From assembly GCF_000143415.4 (NCBI RefSeq), contig NW_003314303.1:1-56221 (forward strand): 56,221 bases of DNA, given 5' to 3'. Below, piece after piece: positions 46,951 through 56,221 of the stretch. Position numbers and translations under genes: made by a program. Source of the stretch: Selaginella moellendorffii (taxonomy: Eukaryota > Plantae > Lycopodiophyta). The notes under the pieces are model-generated. The model saw only the letters and a program-made list of their open reading frames with translations, had not been told where the DNA came from and made no database searches. Numbering within the stretch: position 1 is the stretch's first letter; each line of letters starts with the position of its first letter.

Positions 46951-49900
46951 TTATCTATATCTTAAAGTACAAAACTATGGATAAACTTCTGGGTGAATCC
47001 TTCACAAAGATTCATCTTGATGAGCTACCTAAGTGCATAGATAGGGTTTCCAACTGGATGAAGGATAGAAAAATTATATAAAGTGATATCAAACTTTGTA
47101 AAACCATAAAAAAGCAGATTGGTTCTTCAATTATGGGATCTTGTAAAGGTAACTTTTAAAATGGATGGAGGGGATATTATGATCACTCAGGATTTTATTT
47201 CCAAGCTTTTCTATCTCCCCATAGAGTTAGATCAGTGGAATTGGATAAAAAGAGTAGACTTTCTTGATAATCTTAGACAGGGATCTATTTATTTAGAATA
47301 GAGGGAAAATACATATCCCTTGGGAAAGATTCATCTTTATGCTAAAAAAAGCCTCATATATTTTGAGTGCTTTCTTTGACAAGTTCCAAAGAAAGAAATC
47401 AAGGAATAAATTGGACAGATATTTCTTTATCTAGAACGAGCCTTCCCTCAAAATCTTGTTGGTATGGCCTATAAAAATTATCTCCAAACAATGCAAGACT
47501 TAAAGGAAAAGAAAAGAAGGGGTAGATACTCTAAGAGTAATGCCTACATTTTTCTTGCCCCATTCTATAAATTTTGCCAATAAACCATGAGGATTAATGA
47601 GCAGAGATTACTAAGCTAACAAGGAAAAAAAAATTCCACAATACATTTACATACAAAAGCAAACAAGGGCAAAAGGACAAAACTTAGTAAGGCAAGGTAA
47701 TTTGGAGGTGGCTAAAGAGTTTTTTTTTCCCTCTTGCTCTTTCCCTCTCACTCACTCTATGCCTACACCTTCGCCAAGATACACCGACACTCTAGGCTTA
47801 GTTCTAAAGCAATGTATGGCAGCTCAAACACCACTTAGGGCTACACAAAAGCAAACACCATCATTGCCACCTATTGGGTCTAACGCACTAACGCACTCTC
47901 AATTAGGCAGAGTGATTTTGTCTTCATGCCACCGCCACAAGCCATTGACTCCACTCTTGCACCATCAACACAAAATCTCTTTTAGGCATCTCTGTTGACA
48001 CCGCATTATGTCTCCTGGTCATCTAATGCCAAGTTTTTTGCCTACAACAACAAAAATGCCTCAAATTCTAATGAGGAAAATTCTCCCCTAAAAAGGAAAC
48101 TCTACTTAGATCCGAAAATCCAAGCTACAAGACCTCTAGGGTTCATTCCATAGAAAAGTTGGATGCAACAAGTACGGTGATAAAATGTCATGCTCGGATC
48201 AAGAAAAGAGTCATGACTCATCTATGTCTATAAAGACAACTCCGATGTTGATACAAATTCCTTCAAGCATCAGAGAAGTGACAAGTACACAAATGGATAA
48301 CACTAGGCAAATGATAGATGCGAAGTTATGGAAGAAATTCCAAAACTTAGGCCACAAAGTCCAACACATCATTGGCTGTAGATACAGTCAATGAGGTGAG
48401 TTTAGGCCAAGAAGATCACAACCAAGAAACTCAATAGGACAAAGAGGACAAAGCTACAAAAGAAGGTCTAGGTGAATTGGAGGAGTATGGTTAAGTTTTC
48501 TCCAATCCACCTATGCATCCAACAGTGACACACCCTCAGCCGACAAGTCTAGCAAGATGAGGCAGCCATAGCAGTAGCAGATGCCACAGTAACACTATAA
48601 GGTCAAGGCTAGGCATGCCTTTGCACACAAGTCTACGAGTCTACCTAGTGAGTTTGAAGGTTCATAGAGGAGCTCACTCAATACATCAAGGGAGGCAAGC
48701 AACTAGTTGACAAGCTGATGCAACTGGTAGAAGATGAGGAAACTACAAATTATCATGCATAGGTCTTGAGTTACCTCAAAACAATCACCAAGAAAGTGGA
48801 TGGAGTCATAGGTGAGTAAAATCATCAGTGCCACATAATCCAAGAGCTCAAGATCACAATCCTAACTTCCACATCCACCGATGTAGAGCACATCAGCTGC
48901 TAGGATGAGTGCATCAGCTTTTAGGATGAGCGCATCAGCCACCAGGATTAGCATATCACTATGCTCAACTAGGCAAATTAGATCATGCATCATGAACTCG
49001 ATGATCTATGCCTACACAAAGCAGGAGTATGCACTTTCACAGAAGCCTACACTATAACAACATATGGCTAACAATTGTGATTGGATAAGAGCCTTCTATG
49101 GCCTAAAAGTTTTGGAACATAGGATGCAAAAATTTCAAACTATCTTCCATAAAGCCAAGCAAACATGTTTGGCATCATTACAGCTTTTTTAGACTCCCCA
49201 GCATTGATGGTGGAAGCTTAATGACACTATCATCTGCACACTTCCCAATATGGTCTTTGGATTGATCTTCATGGTGGGATATGTGGGATTGCTACTCTCC
49301 ATTGTCACCCTAAATATGAGGAACTCCTAGATTTGAGTCATGCCAAGCCAGTCCATATCATCCAACTAGAGAAGAAACTTGCATGTATAAACTTAGCAAT
49401 ACTAGAACAACAATATGTCAAGAAAGTGAGAGCACAATAAATCCCATTTTGGAACTCTCCACTATGTACAAAAAAAATCTGGAAAGGCCACTAGTCTGCC
49501 AAGACTCAATACTTCATATGGCTAGCCCAACAAGAGTGCCTCCTTTCACTTGCAGCAATACACCTCCTAAACACTAAGAATGTGCCAACAATGGCTTCTC
49601 CTTCTTTGTCCGAATTAGAGGCCAGAACCACCCTTGAGTGCTGTTTTGATCAACTGGCGAGTACTTCCAACACCTTTCACATTTTTGGCCCACAGCCCTT
49701 TAGCTTGCAACTTGCACAATCTGCATCTTTGCAATTCACAACTTCCACCTAAGTGAGAGAAGAAAAGTGTTATTTTTTCTACTTGTGCGAATAGAAAACA
49801 TCTAACAAGGAAGATCTTACCTGTGATGTCAAGAATATATATCAATGCCGCCATCCTCGGAGATAGCCATTGCTTTGAGTGAGTGTGGTATGTCATTGTC

Positions 49901-51999
49901 CCCTCCCAAGTGAGGCAAACTTTTTCGTCGAGGTTTGCTCCTTTCAGCTTTCCCATCCTTGCTAACTCTAGGATTTTGTTAACTTCCAAATAGAGATGTG
50001 CATGCAAATGACTTACAAGTGTTAATTCGCAAGGAGTGTTTCTCACCTCTAGAAGAAGTGACTACAGCTTCGTGAAAACACACAGAGACCATCTGCCATC
50101 ATAGGTCTACTGTGGGCCACCCCACCTCAAACACACTCTCTACTTTGGAGCCTATCTGGTAGAGCTCTTGTGGTCATGCATCTTTTGCCAAGTTTGGAAC
50201 AACAAGTGATATTCCACATGTCAGATACATCAACTACAACCATTTGCAAGTTTCTTGTTGCCCCTGCAGGAAAACTGATCAGAAACAAGGGAAGATCTGA
50301 GCGAACAAGCTTGCTATAATCTATCCTTCAAAATGTCCAAATAGGAGTTGGATAAATCAAGCACCACGTACCGTTGCACCGACTGCATTCAAGTGGAAAC
50401 ATAGAGTTAATAACTTTGATGAAAAGCCTATATAGCAACCTGGAAGAATTTTCCAAACTGGTACTCCACTAGGAACTATTCCTTCGGGTAGTAAGTCACT
50501 ACCACTGCCCTCCTATCAAACTTCCTGCCATTGAGCAATATCTTGCAATCTTTGTAGAGAAAAAGAGGCACAGTGCCACATCTTATGGGAATGTTTAGCA
50601 ACACAAGAAGTTTGGGAGGGTGCCATGGCAATTCTCAAACAAACCTCTCAGGGAAGCACAACCATAACTTATGAGTCGGCTGTATAATGGGGGTGCTTCT
50701 TACAAGGAAAGACTAAGCTCCTAGACACTTGGAAATGGAGACATAGTGAAGACCCCCACTTCAATCAACATAACCAAACATCACATCACACATCTGTATT
50801 ATAACCTTTTTGATGTCCTTAAAGGATGTACTTTTATGGAGATCTAGAAGGATGTTTGATAATAAGACCCTTGGCTTGGACAACAATCTCAAAAGTTTGG
50901 TTGTAATTGATTGTCATTTTGGCATCCCAACTTGATATGTTAGTAAAGAGAGGAGACAAAGGAAAAATTGCCAAGGAACAAGTCCTTTGACCCTTCTTTA
51001 AATATGAAAGTGAGGCTAGTGAAGATGAATGGACATGGAAACCACCACTATGGTTTTGGTAGCACTTATCCAAGAACAACAAAATGTGTATTTCCCTAAG
51101 TTTAGTGGACTCCCCTTGAGGACTTTGACCATCTAGACCACCACAGACACAAACTTGAGTTCCATTATCCCCCTCACCCCCTTAAATGCTTTTTTTGGTT
51201 TTGAGCATATTAAAACCAAACTCTATGGTTTTTTAGAGGCTAAATAAGTAAAACCCAATTGACAAAACCACACCAACTTCAGACTTAGTCCAAGTGCATT
51301 ATATGTCCAATCCCATTTCAAATATCCAAAGGTACCATTAATATCTTAGTTTGTTATGCTAAGGTCATGTTTGTTCTCATGATCTCATTGGTAGTCAAAG
51401 AGCACCTATATTATAGTCTTGTTTTTCCAAGATTGAACAATACACCTATAAGTGGTTATTCTATAACCATATTTTACTATCTTTATGATGCCTGAAGACA
51501 TAAAGAACACTATCCTCCAACATATTTTTTTTCAATCCCCACTAAATCTTTCTCCATCCATAGGAGTGCTTGCCAACACCATTATTGGTTTAATGCATAA
51601 AGACCCATCCACTAAGTCCACTAACTTTTAGACTTCTTCACATTGTAGCTATACCTTTAGTCATTACATAAGAAGAGTATTCCTCTTCCTCTCCATAGTT
51701 TGAAATTTTGGGTTAACATTTTGAAACACTATGGCTCAACGTAAGCCTTATGGGTACTCCCCCCACCTTCCACCATTAGGGTGCCTCAACCATATGGCTA
51801 GAGTGAGGTTCTAATGAACCACACAAGGTATCCAAGTAGGTAGTGCCACCCATATTTAAATTGGGAGTATTAACCATTCAATCCTAGGGGAGTTAAAGCT
51901 AGCCTTTAAACACTTTATTAAGTTACCCCGCTTGTCTATCAATGTTCACTCTAGGATCATCTCTTAAGTTGTTATCTTTGGTTGTTTATAACTTTAATA

Positions 52000-52545
52000 T
52001 GTAAGCTCTTAAATTTGGATTTCTTGAGAGGTTATCTACTCAATATTATTCAAACTAAAATACATGTAACTCTAAGTATCCTAAAACCTTTAATTGATAA
52101 AAAAAGGTGTGCATTATTATTTATAGGCCCTTTCCTTTTATATTTAAAATTTATGGATTTTCTCTTGAGTTATTCTTTTTGGTTATTTATAATCTATCAC
52201 ACTTTCCTATAAATTTACACCCTCATAAATAAAAGCTAAGAGCCACAACTCTCTCAAGAGCCCCATTCTCTTGACACCCTACCTCTTGAGTCAAGCCCAA
52301 CCAAAAGCAAACTGGACCTACCAAATATTAATCTTAACATATATTATAATGCCAAATGTAAGATCTTGAGGACTTTTTAAAAGGTCACTTAACCTAGTAT
52401 TATTCAAACTCAAGGACACTTAACCCCAAATATCTTAAGATCGTTAACTAATAAAAAAGAGGGCACACTCTTCTTTATGGGCCTTTTCCCTCTATATTTG
52501 AACCCTAAAAATTGTCTATCAAGTTATTCTCTTTGATTACATACA
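52000..52545 (-). mobile_element. Decayed full-length Cassandra copy
   Basis: Two LTR remnants (~52000-52190 and ~52357-52545) and the interior are collinear with the reverse complement of 12522-13116. Flanks TAATA/CAATA resemble a TSD. Confidence 0.75.
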
Positions 52546-53000
52546 CAATACTAATATAAGATCCTATCCCTCACACCCTAAGCTAACTAGCTAAAAGGGT
52601 GATCATTTGACTATAAAGCCCTTTTTTATCCTATTATCTTGATCTGGTGCCTAATATGATTGAAAAGGGATTTAGTGGAAATTGAAGATAAGACATTAAG
52701 GATATTGTTATGACCACTCATGGACTAAATGGTCTAGTCTTGGAAAGATGGGTTTATAGCATAAGTAGTCTTGCACTACTAATAAGGCGAGTGAGAATAG
52801 ACATAGCCTTAGTGTAAAAAGGTTGGTATGTCAATAATAATGTAAGGTGCCTGAAGCAAAAAATAGACATATAGAGCACTTGGATTAGGTGTGAAAAAAA
52901 TGTGGTTTTAATACCACCTTTGTGGTCTTACAAATACCCTAAGTTGAGATGAAGACTTATAGAGGTTGTGAATGAAATACTTCTAAGTGGTCAAAGGTGT

Positions 53001-56000
53001 TGTTGGGATGCAAGCTGTTTATAAGCCATTAGCTGTATGAGAGAGAAGAGAATATTCTAATTCCAAGAATATTCTAGTGTATTATATAAAAGCCTAGGTC
53101 ACTAGGGGAACAAAAGTAATGGAGTTTTGGAGATGCATCTAGAGCATGAGTAAAGTGTTGAGTGTTTAGGTATGGTTGGGGATCCCCCACTCCTCAACAA
53201 GTGGTGAATACCTACGTGACACAATCTATGGAGTTTTTGAGAGATGGAGTCATGCTTTCTATCATTCTTCCTTGGGAGATTTTTCTTTTGCGGGTCTTTG
53301 GAATGCATGGCAACTATTTGAGTATATGCAACAGTAATATTTGAGCATACCCATAGCTAGAAATTTCTTCTCTTTAGGATCTTTCTTGAGGGCTTCCTTA
53401 GGCACATTTGCTTTCGGACCAGAATTCTTAGTCACAATTTCCTATGATGTTTGTGGTGTTGAGTAGCTTAAGAACTCCTCTTTCCAATAAGCTATGGCAC
53501 AATAGTAGATTTGGCTGAAAGAGTGATATGCAAAGTGTTTCTCTTCTTTTTAGCCTCAGTGTGCAATGTTCTAATGTCAATTTCTTGCAATGTAGGGAGG
53601 AAATTTGCACGGAAGTGTAGGTGCTGGAAAGCTTAGGCTCTACTCTATCTTTGAGGTGCACCAAGCCAAAGCATTCTTCAAGGCAAAATCCATGCAAAAA
53701 GCGTTTTTTTTGTCTCACACATTTCTTTGCCTTTTAGAGAGAGATTTCTAGCATTTGAGGGTTTCTTACCTCTCTTTCTCCTCTTGGGTTTCTTTAGGGT
53801 TTTTTCAACATTCCAGTGAGTCCAGTCTCAGCAAAATTGGTGCACAAAGTCGATGATGAGAGTCATTTTCCCTTTCTTAAAGAGTCGGAGCAAACTTTGA
53901 AGGGCGATAACTTGTGATTTGGTGATCTATTTTTAATATGATTTATTGGAAAAGGTATGCCTAGGTCTGCCCTTTCTTTTGTGCCATAGCACAGCCGTTT
54001 TGGTGATTTTTTCTATGATTTTGAGCCATTTTTCTCACACACATACACTTTACTCTCACAATCCTTGTGTTCCATGGGTTCTCACAGCAAACGTTCCTTG
54101 CTTTTTAGCTGATTCTCTGTGAGAGTCTAGAGATCCCTTGCCATTCTAAGCCATTTATTGGGTAGATCCATCCACCACACATTGAGTTTCCAGTAAGGAA
54201 GTGAAGTTTTAGGCATTTATGAAGGATTTTTCCATTCTTGAAGACTTGGAGAGATAGTAGCTTTATGATGTACTCAGGATCATTTATTTTGATCTTGGGT
54301 TGCTGCAAACGGATCGTGGAGACATTGAGGTTCAAACACATTTCCCAAGACTAGGCATTTACTAGGCAACAAACATTTTATGCCTGACTTTCAAGCACTC
54401 AGAACCCACAATGGTTTGCAATTATTCCTAGAGCACATGAAAGGTATTCATGCTTGCAAAGAGAGCTAAACTACCAGACAAATCTCTCTAGCAAAGAGGA
54501 TTTAGACATCCCAGTAGATACCACATTAGGGAATCCACTTCCTATAATAACTCCTCCTCAAATCCATATTGTGCATTGTTGGACAGACTTACCTTGTCAA
54601 GAAATGGTGATGTCTTGGCAAAGACACATGTCCTCTATTTTGAGCAGTATTGCATATCAAATAGCATTGTTGAGAACAACCACAAGATTCGTTATTTTTT
54701 CTGATTGTTGACTGCCCATGCAGTAGCATGGGTGGAGACTCCCCTAGATGTGGATACAATTGACTACCAGATGTTCAAGGAGGCTTTCAAGTCTCAGTTC
54801 AATTGGTAGAAGCCCACCAACCAATTACTCATGGATTTTTTTATGTTCTGACAAGGTGCCTATAAGTCTGTTCCTAAGTATGTTATGTGTTTCAGAGCAT
54901 ACTGGAAAGAGTGCATACAAAGGAGGATCATCAGCAATGAACCACATGGCATCACAACATTTATCTCTGGCCTAAAAGGCAACTTACAATGCAAGATGTT
55001 AAAGCAGCAATTTCAAATATGCCACAAGGCATTTATAGCAACTAAATCACTTGAACATGATCTCCTCCAAAAGCTTGGCATATCACGCATGAAAGAAGCC
55101 TTCCACCCACCACTGGAGGGTGTTTCCTACTCAACAATCTGCATTTCTACTCCTCTAGTAATATCCACCAGCAATGAGTGAGTTCCTCCAATGATCAAGA
55201 AAGCACTGTCAGAACTTATTGGCTACAAGAAGATCATCCAACAACAACACTAGATGTAGGAAAAACTTTTGGAGGAGCTGAAGGCAAGCTGTTTGCAATA
55301 AATAAAGTATAGGATTTGTTGTCCTTGTCAAGACTACTCTCACTGCAACATTAATACCTATGACACGGACAAATGTTGGAAGTTGCATCCCAAGCTCCAT
55401 CCTCCACGTACACAGCATGTCCAGGAGCAGCCATTTGTTGACAACATCAACATATCCAGACAAGACAAATACTAGCAACAACTAGAGTTTTGCATGATTA
55501 AAGCCTCTCTATCATTAAGCAAAGGAAATGCATTAGCAATCAATACAATCCTCATTGCCAAGTGAGATCTTAACTAAGTTGCTGCTATTACATGGGCTAG
55601 GAAGAAGGCAATGGTGGATATAGAGGGAGGAGATGAACTGGCATTATTGCCTCAATTTGTTGTTGGACAGCAGTTACCATTCCCTTTAACATTTGTAGCA
55701 TAAGGTGAATCCTTGACCACATCTTCTCCTCTAGCATCCACATGCTCTCCACAGTTTGCTGGCACTTTGTCCCATAGTGTTCTGCCACCTTCAGCTATAC
55801 CAAAGTTTATCCTGCAGGAGCTGGTGTAAGCTCTAGTGACCGTCACCCTTAGCCAACTTGTGGCACAATGTCTTGGTTTTGCACAGTAGTTGGAGCAATT
55901 TGCTATTTCCAAAGGCTTGACACATCCTCCAAACACCTCTATCAACACACTAGTCCAAGTCATGCTAACACATATGCCCTCAAATCCTGGAGCTTTCATC

Positions 56001-56221
56001 ATCCTAGTTTCTCTTGCAAATTCTGAACTAATGAAGGCATTAATAGACAGTGAATTTGGGCTAAACATCATCTCATTGAAGTTGGCTCATTCCTTAGGCT
56101 TGTAAGTGTCCAAGAGCTTTGCTAACCACTCTATCTTACTACTGGGCATCTATTATAGCATTCCCATCTCGGCTAAAGGCATTATCCTCAATATGGCTTT
56201 TTGGTGTAGACTTGAAGCCAT
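53001..56221 (+). mobile_element. 5' part of a Gypsy element: probable LTR 53001-53199 and decayed gag-protease (~54560-56221), continuing beyond the window
   Basis: TGTTG...CAACA termini, a TATA box, and TGG-starting PBS-like sequence. Gag-like WVET...FKEAFKSQF, FISGLK, a decayed zinc knuckle (HCNINTYDTDKCWKLHP), and protease KALIDSEFGLNIIS. Confidence 0.6.

Overview
Plant nuclear DNA. The very short introns and the style of the PLS-class PPR gene suggest a lycophyte such as Selaginella (inference only). The first ~7 kb is gene-dense. It holds a PLS-E PPR gene, a 74-aa secreted-peptide-like ORF, two diverged copies of a possible structured RNA, and a multi-exon taxilin gene. The remaining ~49 kb is nested transposon sequence. 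It includes an hAT remnant and a non-coding LTR element (9034-16878, TSD TTTAT) that carries an antiparallel solo LTR and an intact 5S-rRNA-bearing Cassandra TRIM. It also includes a self-priming Tf1/Tcn1-like chromovirus with three LTR segments (17843-23861), a long LTR element (26598-42586) whose leader is collinear with the Cassandra internal region, and decayed Gypsy gag/pol remnants. The most unusual object is a 10,256-bp TIR DNA transposon (31191-41446, 24-bp TIRs, AGAT TSD). It encodes a Sola-like DDD transposase and, divergently, a spliced cargo gene with a ParB/Srx-like domain plus an FCP1-type HAD phosphatase domain. About 13 copies of a 22-bp palindrome (ATGGCRTG-N6-CAYGCCAT) are scattered through this element, and I found none outside it. 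This is a candidate ParB/parS-like self-recognition or anti-silencing system. All domain calls are motif recognition by eye; no searches were run.
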